Source: Deltaproteobacteria bacterium RIFOXYD12_FULL_50_9 (GTDB taxonomy: Bacteria > Desulfobacterota > Desulfobulbia > Desulfobulbales > CALZHT01). From it: 33,024 nucleotides of DNA. The DNA lies in the NCBI GenBank assembly GCA_001799225.1, contig MGTA01000167.1:19725-52748 (forward strand). The letters are read 5' to 3'. The notes beneath the pieces are model-generated. The model ran no database searches. It was given only the letters and a program-made list of their open reading frames with translations, and was not told where the DNA came from. Positions 9,575-17,073 of the stretch are shown here, one piece after another. How positions within the stretch are numbered: the stretch's first letter is position 1; the number at the start of each line of letters is the position of its first letter. The position numbers and the translations under genes were made by a program.

Positions 9575-9651
9575 CGGGACGTAGCGCAGACTGGTAGCGC
9601 ACCTGAATGGGGTTCAGGGGGCCGGAAGTTCAAATCTTCTCGTCCCGACCA
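9575..9651 (+). tRNA. tRNA-Pro (anticodon GGG)
   Basis: 77 nt. Acceptor CGGGACG/CGTCCCG, anticodon arm CCTGA-ATGGGGT-TCAGG, T arm GGAAG-TTCAAAT-CTTCT, discriminator A, encoded CCA. It closely resembles E. coli proL as I recall it. Confidence 0.95.
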
Positions 9652-9887
9652 ATTAGTTCTAATTATAACAGTTGATTAGCTTGTAGCTGATTAGCTGTTT
9701 TTTTGTTTGTCATGGCGGAATAAGCCTTTGTGTCTCCTATGTAGTCTTTGGTTTTTCTTTTCGACATCATTGCCGTCAGTGTAATGGTCAGTAAGTTTTT
9801 CTGCTTGAAGCTTTTTCTCATGCCAGGTAATGATTGTTGATATGAATTTTTTTGTAACCGAATTGCATAACGGAAGGAGTCGGTTTT

Positions 9888-11687
9888 GTGATGAATGATC
9901 AAGGGACTATGAAAAGTCGAATTTTGATAATAGATGACGAAGAGAGCTTGCGCTTAACATTCAAGACCTTTTTGAGCAGGGAAGGGTATGGTCCTGTTGA
10001 GGTTGTATCGACTTACGAAGAAGCTATGGCAAAGATAGACAACCAGACCTTCGATTTAATCATCAGTGATATCGTCCTTGAAGGCGCCTCAGGGATTGAT
10101 CTCCTCCGCCATGTCAAGGATTCAAAATTGCATTGTCCTGTGGTAATGGTGACAGGATATCCTAATATTAATTCGGCCTCGGAAGCTGTACGTCTTGGAG
10201 CCTTTGATTATCTCTCCAAGCCTGTCAAAAAGGATGACCTGCTCAGGGTTGCTCGAATGGCTTTGCAACAATATAATCTTTGGCTGGAAATGGAGAAACT
10301 TGCAGAGGAGAAGGAGAGGTTCCGTAATCATCTTGAGGCGATTTTCAGGAGTGTCCGTGATTTGATTATTACGGTAGACACTCAGATGAATATTGTTGAT
10401 ATGAATGACCGAGCAAAAAACCAGTTGTTGGTGATTGAACCGGGAATCAAGGTTGGCGATTCAATTACCAGGATACCAGGCGCATTTGGCAAGATACTTT
10501 TAGATGATGTGGAACAGGTGCTTAGATCAACCAATGATGTAGCTGAACATCAAGTTGAATTCAATTTTCTTGAAGGTGAACTTTCAATCTTTAGAATCAG
10601 TGCTGCGCCGCTTGTAACCAGGAGTGGGAATTTTCAGGGCGTAGTTATTGTTGCTAGAGATGTGAGTCGGTTAGAAGAGTTGGAACAAAAGGGCAAAAGG
10701 TCGCATTTCCACAGGTTGGTAGGCAGTAGTCGGTCTATGCAGGCAGTCTATACGATGATAGAAAATGTTGGCTGTGTTGATACCACAGTACTCATTCTCG
10801 GTGAAAGCGGTACGGGTAAGGAGTTGGTTGCTGAGGCATTGCATGCCGAAAGTGGACGTCGTGACATGCCGCTAGTCAAGGTTGACTGTACTGCCATTCC
10901 TGAAAATCTTCTTGAAAGTGAACTGTTCGGCCATCGAAAGGGTTCATTTACCGGTGCTGATCGTGATCGCAAGGGGCGAATTCTACTGGCTGATGGCGGA
11001 ACTTTGTTTCTTGATGAAATTGGTGATATCTCACCTATCATGCAGCTTAGACTGCTGAGGTTTCTGCAGGAGAGAACTTTCTATCCGGTTGGTCAGGATA
11101 CGCACATTAAAGTAAATGTGCGGGTTATTACAGCCACAAATGCAGATTTGAAACAGAAAGTCGTGGATGGTGAATTCCGAGAAGATCTCTATTTCCGTTT
11201 GAAAGTAATGGATATTCAACTTCCACCTTTACGCGAAAGAGAAGGAGATCTTCCTCTACTCGTCAATAATTTCGTTGAGAAGTTCAGCAAGCGTCTTGAT
11301 AAACAGATTAGCGGACTTTCCGATCAGGCACTGCAGATACTTTCTGAATATCGTTGGCCAGGCAATGTCCGTGAACTTGAACATGTTATTGAACGCGCCA
11401 CAGTTCTTTGTAGTGGCACAATTATTACTACCGACTATCTCTCAGATGAGATATTGCATGCCAATATATCTCCTGGTAACAATGAATCTTCATTTAACGG
11501 TTCTATGAGTGATGATTTTCTGCCTGTCATTGCCAGTGAAGTGGAGGGGGAGAGCGAGCTGGACAGGATTATGCGCACCTTGAAGCTGGTTGACGGCAAT
11601 AAGGCAAAGGCCGCACGACTACTTGGTATTGATCGGAGCACCCTCTATCGTAAACTTCGCCAATATGATATCGATCCAACCATCTAA
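9888..11687 (+). CDS. Sigma-54-dependent response regulator (REC-PAS-AAA+-Fis HTH)
   Basis: Receiver domain: ILIIDDEE...DLIISDIVL...GAFDYLSKPV. A PAS-like middle segment follows. The AAA+ domain has Walker A GESGTGKELVAEALH, ESELFGH, a GAFTGA-type loop reading GSFTGA, and a VRVITATN arginine-finger region. The C-terminal HTH is GNKAKAARLLGIDRSTLYRKLRQY. The start could be GTG 9888, ATG 9891 or ATG 9909. No histidine kinase is adjacent. Confidence 0.92.
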   Translation: MMNDQGTMKSRILIIDDEESLRLTFKTFLSREGYGPVEVVSTYEEAMAKIDNQTFDLIISDIVLEGASGIDLLRHVKDSKLHCPVVMVTGYPNINSASEAVRLGAFDYLSKPVKKDDLLRVARMALQQYNLWLEMEKLAEEKERFRNHLEAIFRSVRDLIITVDTQMNIVDMNDRAKNQLLVIEPGIKVGDSITRIPGAFGKILLDDVEQVLRSTNDVAEHQVEFNFLEGELSIFRISAAPLVTRSGNFQGVVIVARDVSRLEELEQKGKRSHFHRLVGSSRSMQAVYTMIENVGCVDTTVLILGESGTGKELVAEALHAESGRRDMPLVKVDCTAIPENLLESELFGHRKGSFTGADRDRKGRILLADGGTLFLDEIGDISPIMQLRLLRFLQERTFYPVGQDTHIKVNVRVITATNADLKQKVVDGEFREDLYFRLKVMDIQLPPLREREGDLPLLVNNFVEKFSKRLDKQISGLSDQALQILSEYRWPGNVRELEHVIERATVLCSGTIITTDYLSDEILHANISPGNNESSFNGSMSDDFLPVIASEVEGESELDRIMRTLKLVDGNKAKAARLLGIDRSTLYRKLRQYDIDPTI

Positions 11688-11817
11688 TTGAGATAATTAA
11701 GAACAGCCCAGAGCTACAAATTATTTCTAATAGATTGCATTTTTTTAATCTTATGGTATAAGCATGTAATACTTTGTGCAGTTTCTGTTTGTAGTTTAGA
11801 AAATACGAAAGATTTAG

Positions 11818-11862
11818 CCGCACAATCATCCGATTATGGATGTGTGCGGTTTTTCTGTTTTT
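11818..11862 (+). terminator. Intrinsic terminator (for the regulator gene and/or an attenuator in a csp leader)
   Basis: CCGCACA-AT-CATCC (11818-11831) pairs with GGATG-TGTGCGG (11838-11849). It is followed by TTTTTCTGTTTTT. Confidence 0.75.
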
Positions 11863-11905
11863 ACAGCCGAACTGCCAGGCCTTTAGATCGCTATGATCCT
11901 GGGCA

Positions 11906-11932
11906 TTAACATAACAAAGCGGTTTTTATAAT
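11906..11932 (+). promoter_or_regulatory. Sigma70-type promoter candidate for csp (proximal)
   Basis: Perfect TATAAT at 11927-11932. The best -35 is TTAACA (11906-11911), but the spacer is short at 15 nt. A distal alternative is TTGCAT (11735-11740), N16, then TG-extended TATAAG (11757-11762). Confidence 0.4.
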
Positions 11933-11963
11933 ATGCCGCGCCAGCAAGAAGGAGTAGTACAAG

Positions 11964-12164
11964 ATGTCAGTAGGGAAAGTGAAATGGTTTAATGCAGCAA
12001 AGGGTTTTGGTTTTATTGAGACAGAAGACGGCAGCGATATTTTTGTTCACTATTCTGCAATTAAGAGCCAGGGATATAAATCGCTTGAAGAGGGAGCAGA
12101 AGTGCAGTTTGACGTGGTGAATGGCCAGAAGGGCCTTGCTGCCGACAATGTTATTGCCTTGTAA
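11964..12164 (+). CDS. cspA: Cold-shock protein, CspA family
   Basis: 66 aa. [33 protein letters not shown] carries RNP1 (KGFGFI) and RNP2 (DIFVHYS). AAGGAG lies 9 nt upstream. Confidence 0.95.
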   Translation: MSVGKVKWFNAAKGFGFIETEDGSDIFVHYSAIKSQGYKSLEEGAEVQFDVVNGQKGLAADNVIAL

Positions 12165-12190
12165 TATCTTCAGGTATTTATTCAGGAGTG

Positions 12191-12219
12191 TGCCCTGCAT
12201 CTGCGGGGCATTTTTTTTT
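12191..12219 (+). terminator. Strong intrinsic terminator after csp
   Basis: TGCCCTGC-ATCT-GCGGGGCA forms an 8-bp stem with one G-T pair and a tetraloop (12191-12210). Nine T residues follow (12211-12219). Confidence 0.88.
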
Positions 12220-12254
12220 ATGGAGTCGCATTCTAAAGAAGAAGTGAGATAAAC

Positions 12255-14018
12255 ATGACAACATTTGTCGAAATTGGTGTCTGCAAAGAGATAGTCCAAG
12301 CACTTGATAAACTAGGGTTTTTAATCCCAACACCGGTCCAGGAACAGATAATCCCTTTGTTGTTGAAGAAGCAGGAAGATGTGGTCGGCCTGGCTCAGAC
12401 CGGTACCGGTAAGACAGCTGCCTTTGGTATTCCGCTTATTCAAACAATTGATATGAGTCGCAAACAGACCCAGGCCTTGGTTTTGTGCCCGACTCGGGAG
12501 TTGTGCGTTCAAGTAGCCAAGGATATGACGGAGTATGGTAGTTTTGTTTCAGGGTTGAAGATATTGGCTGTTTATGGCGGCGCCAGCATAATTAAACAGA
12601 TTCAGGAATTGCGTCATGGAGTGCAGATAATCGTTGCGACTCCTGGTCGTCTTCATGATCTGATCCGGCAACGTTATGTCGATATCTCGGCGATTAGGGC
12701 CGTGGTTCTTGATGAGGCCGATGAGATGTTGAACATGGGATTTCAGGAAGAGTTGAACGCCATTTTGGCTAAAACTCCGGCTGAGAAGAGGACTCTCTTG
12801 TTTTCAGCTACGATGCCCCGGGAAGTTGCTGCTATTGCCAATAATTATATGAATGACCCTTTGGAAGTTACTGTTGGCGAACGAAATGCCAGTGCCGAAA
12901 ATATTCGTCATATCTACTACACGGTTCATGCCAAGGATCGCTACCTGGCATTGAAGCGCATTGTTGATATGAATCCGGATGTTTATGCCATCATTTTTTG
13001 TCGAACACGGCAAGAAACCCAGGATGTTGCTGATAAGCTCGTGCAGGATGGTTACAATTCCGACGCACTGCATGGTGATTTGTCCCAGAGTCAACGCGAT
13101 CATGTGATGAAAAGATTCAGGTCCAAAAATCTTCAGATGCTTGTGGCCACCGACGTTGCGGCTCGTGGTCTTGATGTTAAGGATATCACCCATGTGATCC
13201 ATTATAATCTTCCTGATGAGGCCTCAATTTATTTACACCGGAGTGGACGAACCGGCAGGGCCGGTAAGACCGGGATTTCGGTCGCCATCATCAATATGCG
13301 TGAAAAACATACGATTAGGGAGATTGAAAAGAAGCTCAAAAAACAGTTTGAGCGGGGCAAAATTCCAACAGGGCAGCAAATTTGTGAAAAGCAATTGTTA
13401 AGCCGTATCGATTCGTGGCTTGCGATAGATATCAATCATGCTCGGATTGATCCATTTTTGCCGCTAATCGTTAAAAAAATGGAAGGACTTGACCGCGAAG
13501 CACTGATCAAGCTGTTTGTTTCTGTGGAGTTTAGCCGTTTTCTTGAGTATTACCGAGATGCACCTGATCTTAACATTCAAGAAACAGATAAGAGCCGGAC
13601 AGCTTTTAAGGAAAACGACGGCAAATTTCAACGGCAATCGAATTATCAGAAGTACACCAAGTTCATTCTTAGCGTTGGTAAAAAAGATGGGATCAACCCT
13701 GCCCGTCTGATTGCTGAGATTAACAGTGCGACAGTTGATACCCCCAAAATCGCGATTGGCAAGATTGAGATCATGGGTAGTTCCTCAATGATCGAGGTGG
13801 ACGGTAAGTTTACGCCGAAGATTTTGGATATCTTTAAACATGTGAGAATTAATGGTAAACCGGTTAACGTCAGAGTCGATGAGGGAAATATTTCCAAAAA
13901 GACGTCTAATCGTGGTGGTGGGCATTTTGCCGGCAGTAGTGTTCCGAAAAATCGTGAATCCATCGTCAGAAAAAAGTGGAAAAGTAAGGAAAAGACCTCC
14001 CCCAGGCAGTATGTTTGA
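12255..14018 (+). CDS. deaD: DEAD-box ATP-dependent RNA helicase, DeaD/CsdA-like
   Basis: 587 aa. Motifs: Q motif (F..TPVQ), AQTGTGKT, PTRELC, DEAD (VLDEADEM), SAT, HGDLSQSQR and HRSGRTGRAG. The C-terminus has a DbpA-type RNA-binding domain (FILSVGKKDGINPARLIAEI) and a basic tail. Confidence 0.92.
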   Translation: MTTFVEIGVCKEIVQALDKLGFLIPTPVQEQIIPLLLKKQEDVVGLAQTGTGKTAAFGIPLIQTIDMSRKQTQALVLCPTRELCVQVAKDMTEYGSFVSGLKILAVYGGASIIKQIQELRHGVQIIVATPGRLHDLIRQRYVDISAIRAVVLDEADEMLNMGFQEELNAILAKTPAEKRTLLFSATMPREVAAIANNYMNDPLEVTVGERNASAENIRHIYYTVHAKDRYLALKRIVDMNPDVYAIIFCRTRQETQDVADKLVQDGYNSDALHGDLSQSQRDHVMKRFRSKNLQMLVATDVAARGLDVKDITHVIHYNLPDEASIYLHRSGRTGRAGKTGISVAIINMREKHTIREIEKKLKKQFERGKIPTGQQICEKQLLSRIDSWLAIDINHARIDPFLPLIVKKMEGLDREALIKLFVSVEFSRFLEYYRDAPDLNIQETDKSRTAFKENDGKFQRQSNYQKYTKFILSVGKKDGINPARLIAEINSATVDTPKIAIGKIEIMGSSSMIEVDGKFTPKILDIFKHVRINGKPVNVRVDEGNISKKTSNRGGGHFAGSSVPKNRESIVRKKWKSKEKTSPRQYV

Positions 14019-14047
14019 GAGAAGATTCTAATTTTATATTTTTATCT

Positions 14048-14076
14048 CCTTTGCAGCTCTCTCCGGGCTGCAAAGG
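14048..14076 (+). terminator. Stem-loop after the helicase gene (terminator candidate, no adjacent U-tract)
   Basis: CCTTTGCAGC (14048-14057) pairs perfectly with GCTGCAAAGG (14067-14076) around a 9-nt loop. The nearest T-run lies about 20 nt downstream. Confidence 0.45.
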
Positions 14077-14118
14077 AAGTATAACTTCGAGTTTTTCATG
14101 ATCAAGTAACGCTTTTCG

Positions 14119-14147
14119 TTGACTCGAAAATTAGCATTTGTTATATC
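14119..14147 (+). promoter_or_regulatory. Sigma70-type promoter candidate for the MgtE_N/CBS-NRAMP operon leader
   Basis: TTGACT (14119-14124), a 17-nt spacer ending in TGT, then TATATC (14142-14147). This would give a leader of roughly 295 nt before the ATG at 14449. Confidence 0.4.
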
Positions 14148-14243
14148 AATCCGAATAGTAATAATAAGCGTTTGACGATGGCATATTGCTACTTGTTGAT
14201 TAAGACGTTTTTTTAGACTACCCCCTTCAATTTGGAGTAACAC

Positions 14244-14339
14244 ATGGACGAAGGTCCTAGTCCGAGTAAATGTTGTGACAGGCCCTTTGCTGCGCAAGGC
14301 TTATGTCTGGCATGTCGGCCATGTGTGGCTTACATGTAG
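14244..14339 (+). CDS. Candidate leader sORF, 31 codons: MDEGPSPSKCCDRPFAAQGLCLACRPCVAYM
   Basis: ATG at 14244 lies 6 nt after GGAG (14234-14237), and TAG is at 14337-14339. It is below the ORF-track size cutoff. It has 5 Cys (all TGT) and 4 Pro. There is no homology evidence. Confidence 0.3.
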   Translation: MDEGPSPSKCCDRPFAAQGLCLACRPCVAYM

Positions 14340-14344
14340 TTTTT
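14311..14344 (+). promoter_or_regulatory. Terminator-like hairpin overlapping the sORF 3' end (possible attenuator)
   Basis: CATGT-C-GGCCA (14311-14321) pairs with TGGCT-T-ACATG (26-36), with one mismatch, one G-T pair and a TGTG loop. The sequence TAG TTTTT (14337-14344) follows, so the sORF stop codon sits between the stem and the T-run. Confidence 0.35.
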
Positions 14345-14448
14345 CCTGCCTGACAGCTCACCTGCCTGCCCAGGGCCTTTTGGTGTATCTTAGCCATTAT
14401 CCGTAAAATTTTTTAAACCGGTTGGCATTAATCATCAGGAGGTTCGCA

Positions 14449-15750
14449 ATGGATCAAACCAATGCCCAGATCAATTCCTCTGAACAGCATCAACCCCACA
14501 CCTTTTTCTTTGCCTCGACATATCTGGGTAAAGAACTGACGGCAAATGGCGAATCAGTCGGTCGGATCAAGGACCTTGTAGCCCATCGCGGCACAAGTAT
14601 TTATCCACAGCTTGATGGCGCAATCGTCCGCAAGCAGGGAAAAGATTATTTTTTGCCGGCGGAAAAGATCATCTTCCCCAGCACCTCAGCGCTTAAAAAG
14701 TTCGAGTTGGTTTCTGCTGAGCTTGCCGAGTATTCTCCTGAGAAACAGCAGTTTTTCCTCCGCGATGTTTTTATGGACAAACAGATAGTCGACATGCAGG
14801 GTGCCAAAGTAGAAAGGGTAAATGATGTTCAGTTGATGACGGTTAATAACAAATCCTATCTGGTTCATGTTGATGTCGGACTTCCCGGACTTTTACGGCG
14901 TCTTGGTTTTGAAGGCCAGGTGCGCGGTTTGACCAGATTGTTTGGTAAAGATCTTAAAGAGGATTTGATCTCCTGGCGTTATGTGCAGCCCCTTGAGGCT
15001 GGTCATGGCACAGTTCCTGTCCGGCTTATGGTTGATCATCAAGCATTAAAAGGACTGCATCCTGCTGATCTTGCTGAGATTCTTGAAGATCTGAATAAAG
15101 GGGATCGTGTCGCACTGCTCCATACTGTAGATACTGAGACAGCAGCAAACGCCCTGGAGATGGTCGAGCCTGAACTAGGTGCTGCGATCGTCCAGGATCT
15201 TGATCCTACCAGAGCCGCAGAGATCTTTGAGGAGATGGAACCTTCAGTAGCTGCAGATATCTTTGAAGAGTTACCCGAGATGCACCAGGAGGTCATCATG
15301 GGACAGATGGAGCCTGAGGAGCGTGACGAAATCGGGTTGCTCCAGGCCTTTGAAGAGAGAACGGCAGGCTCTCTGATGACCACTGATTTTCTGCAGATAT
15401 GTATTACAAAAACCGTTGGCGATGCCCTTAAGTTCATTCGCGACAATGCTGATGAGGTGGAAATAGTTCATTATGTCTATGTCGGTGACGACTATGGCCA
15501 TCTGATTGGTGTTGTAAGCATAAAGCAGCTTATTCTGGCAGCGCCGGAGGTCTTGTTGCACGACCTTGAGATGCCCAGGTTGATCACGGTCGAGACGGAT
15601 GATGAACTGGAAAAGGTGGCTGATCAGTTTTATAAATATAAATTTCTAGCCATACCAGTGGTGGACGACAAAACAAGGTTGCTTGGCATTATCAGTTACA
15701 AGCACAGCTTTGATGAACTGGTCTCCTACTATTATCGGGAAGCGGCGTAA
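14449..15750 (+). CDS. Soluble MgtE_N + tandem CBS domain protein (MgtE cytoplasmic sensor module without the membrane domain)
   Basis: ATG at 14449 lies 6 nt after AGGAGG; the track start TTG 14422 is rejected. MgtE_N-like helical repeats are acidic: LHPADLAEILEDLNKGDRVALL...RAAEIFEEMEPSVAADIFEELP. A CBS pair follows: GSLMTTDFLQI...LIGVVSIKQLI and FLAIPVVDDKTRLLGIIS. A roughly 130-aa N-terminal extension may be PRC-barrel-like. The protein ends without any hydrophobic TM region. Confidence 0.87.
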   Translation: MDQTNAQINSSEQHQPHTFFFASTYLGKELTANGESVGRIKDLVAHRGTSIYPQLDGAIVRKQGKDYFLPAEKIIFPSTSALKKFELVSAELAEYSPEKQQFFLRDVFMDKQIVDMQGAKVERVNDVQLMTVNNKSYLVHVDVGLPGLLRRLGFEGQVRGLTRLFGKDLKEDLISWRYVQPLEAGHGTVPVRLMVDHQALKGLHPADLAEILEDLNKGDRVALLHTVDTETAANALEMVEPELGAAIVQDLDPTRAAEIFEEMEPSVAADIFEELPEMHQEVIMGQMEPEERDEIGLLQAFEERTAGSLMTTDFLQICITKTVGDALKFIRDNADEVEIVHYVYVGDDYGHLIGVVSIKQLILAAPEVLLHDLEMPRLITVETDDELEKVADQFYKYKFLAIPVVDDKTRLLGIISYKHSFDELVSYYYREAA

Positions 15751-15753
15751 CTG

Positions 15754-16992
15754 ATGGCTGAGACAAAAAAAAGTTTTAGACTGCGGTTTCTGCTGTTTTT
15801 GAGCATCATGGGACCCGGGATTATTACCGCCAATGTCGATAATGACGCAGGCGGAATTGCGACATACAGCCAGGCCGGCGCCTTGTATGGTTTCGATGTA
15901 TTATGGATATTTATCCCCATGACCGTGGTCCTGGTTCTTGTCCAGGAGATGGCAAATCGTATGGGGGTGGTCACCGGCGATGGTTTGTCCTCCCTTATCC
16001 GAGAGCGGTTTGGCGTAAAAATCACCTTTTATCTTATGCTGGCCCTGCTGGTCACCAACTTCGGCAATATTATGGCCGAGTTTGCCGGAATAGCTTCTGC
16101 CGCCGAACTGTTCGGCATCCCGCGTATTATTGCCGTACCGATCTGTGCCTTTTTGGTTTGGTACATGGTATTGCGCTGGAGTTACCGATCGGTGGAAAAG
16201 ATTTTTTTACTCGGTTGTTTTTTTTATGTGGCTTATCTGCTTTCCGCTTTCATGGCCAAGCCGGACATGGGTGAGATCGCTATTGCCCTGGTAACACCGA
16301 AACTGATCGCCACCAAGGATTACATGTTCATGCTGATCGGTATTGTCGGTACGACAATTGCGCCGTGGATGCAGTTTTATCAGCAGGCAAGCATTGTTGA
16401 GAAGGGGATAGATATTGAAGACTACAGCTATTCCCGCTCCGACACCATCCTGGGTGGTATTACCGTAAGTATTGTCGCCATGTGCATTGTAGTGGTCTGC
16501 GCCATGACCCTGCATCGCAGCGGGATCAGCATTGAGGATGCCTCGCAGGCGGCGCAGGCCCTAGCTCCTCTGGCCGGTCTGCAGGCCAGTAAACTTTTTG
16601 CTTTTGGGTTGTGGAATGCCTCAATGTTCGCGGCCTGTATATTGCCACTCTCTACTGCTTATTCGATCTGCGAGGCTCTTGGTTGGGAGCGCGGTGTTGA
16701 TCAGCGCTATGAGGATGCAAAGCAATTTTATGTTCTCTATACAACCTCGATCATCCTTGGTGCTTTGATTGTCCTGATCCCCGGCCTCTCCTTGATGAAC
16801 GTAATGCTCATCTCCCAGATCGTTAATGGTTTTCTCTTTACGGTCATTCTCGTTTTCATGCTCATCCTGGTGAATGATGAAAAACTGATGGGGAAGTATA
16901 CCAACAGCCGGTTTTATAATGCGGTCTGCTTCGCAACCGTTGTCGTTTTAGCGCTAATTTCGGTTGTTTCGTTGTTTTCATTGGTTCTGTAA
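15754..16992 (+). CDS. NRAMP-family transporter with NRMT-type (Mg2+-like) binding-site residues
   Basis: 412 aa and polytopic. ATG lies 3 nt after the upstream TAA. The TM1 motif reads D31-A-G-G34 where canonical NRAMPs have DPGN. TM6 reads T200-T-I-A203-P-W-M where canonical NRAMPs have A-x-x-M-P-H-N. Confidence 0.9.
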   Translation: MAETKKSFRLRFLLFLSIMGPGIITANVDNDAGGIATYSQAGALYGFDVLWIFIPMTVVLVLVQEMANRMGVVTGDGLSSLIRERFGVKITFYLMLALLVTNFGNIMAEFAGIASAAELFGIPRIIAVPICAFLVWYMVLRWSYRSVEKIFLLGCFFYVAYLLSAFMAKPDMGEIAIALVTPKLIATKDYMFMLIGIVGTTIAPWMQFYQQASIVEKGIDIEDYSYSRSDTILGGITVSIVAMCIVVVCAMTLHRSGISIEDASQAAQALAPLAGLQASKLFAFGLWNASMFAACILPLSTAYSICEALGWERGVDQRYEDAKQFYVLYTTSIILGALIVLIPGLSLMNVMLISQIVNGFLFTVILVFMLILVNDEKLMGKYTNSRFYNAVCFATVVVLALISVVSLFSLVL

Positions 16993-17073
16993 TAGGGCAA
17001 CTTATCGTCCCGACGTTTCATTAATCTGGAATTTCTGGTGTAATCCATTGTAGTAAAACAAAAGAGCCGGTTA

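Noticed and set aside
9673-9704. Direct repeat TGATTAGCT x2 followed by T7 after tRNA-Pro (possible terminator or att-like repeat)
   Set aside because: Only 4-bp AGCT stems can form, which is too weak to call a terminator. A 9-nt repeat alone is not evidence of a mobile-element junction.
9663-9902. 79-aa minus-strand ORF between tRNA-Pro and the sigma-54 regulator
   Set aside because: Its start would overlap the regulator's ribosome-binding region. The product is low-complexity and basic, with no supporting signal.
11877-11892. GG-N10-GC (AGGCCT-TTAGA-TCGCT) resembling a sigma-54 promoter upstream of csp
   Set aside because: Only the GG/GC skeleton matches and the flanking consensus positions are poor. 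A perfect sigma70 -10 lies just downstream.
14034-14297. 87-aa minus-strand ORF in the helicase/transporter intergenic region
   Set aside because: It has only a TTG start and no Shine-Dalgarno, and the only internal Met is near the C-terminus. It overlaps the 14048-14076 hairpin and the plus-strand leader. The composition is not protein-like.
14019-14448. Known metal riboswitch (M-box, yybP-ykoY Mn2+, NiCo) in the leader
   Set aside because: I looked for the hallmark motifs: GUUAGGUG...GGGUCAACAG...GCUAAAGCUCUACG for M-box, and GGGGAGUAG...UUGACAUA for yybP-ykoY. I found only weak partial matches (GGAGUAA, UGUGACAGG). This cannot be excluded without a covariance-model scan.
15903-16515. Alternative-frame and antisense ORFs (123 aa, 102 aa) inside the NRAMP gene
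   Set aside because: Their Arg/Gly/His-rich, non-membrane composition is incompatible with a real product. The NRAMP frame is unambiguous.
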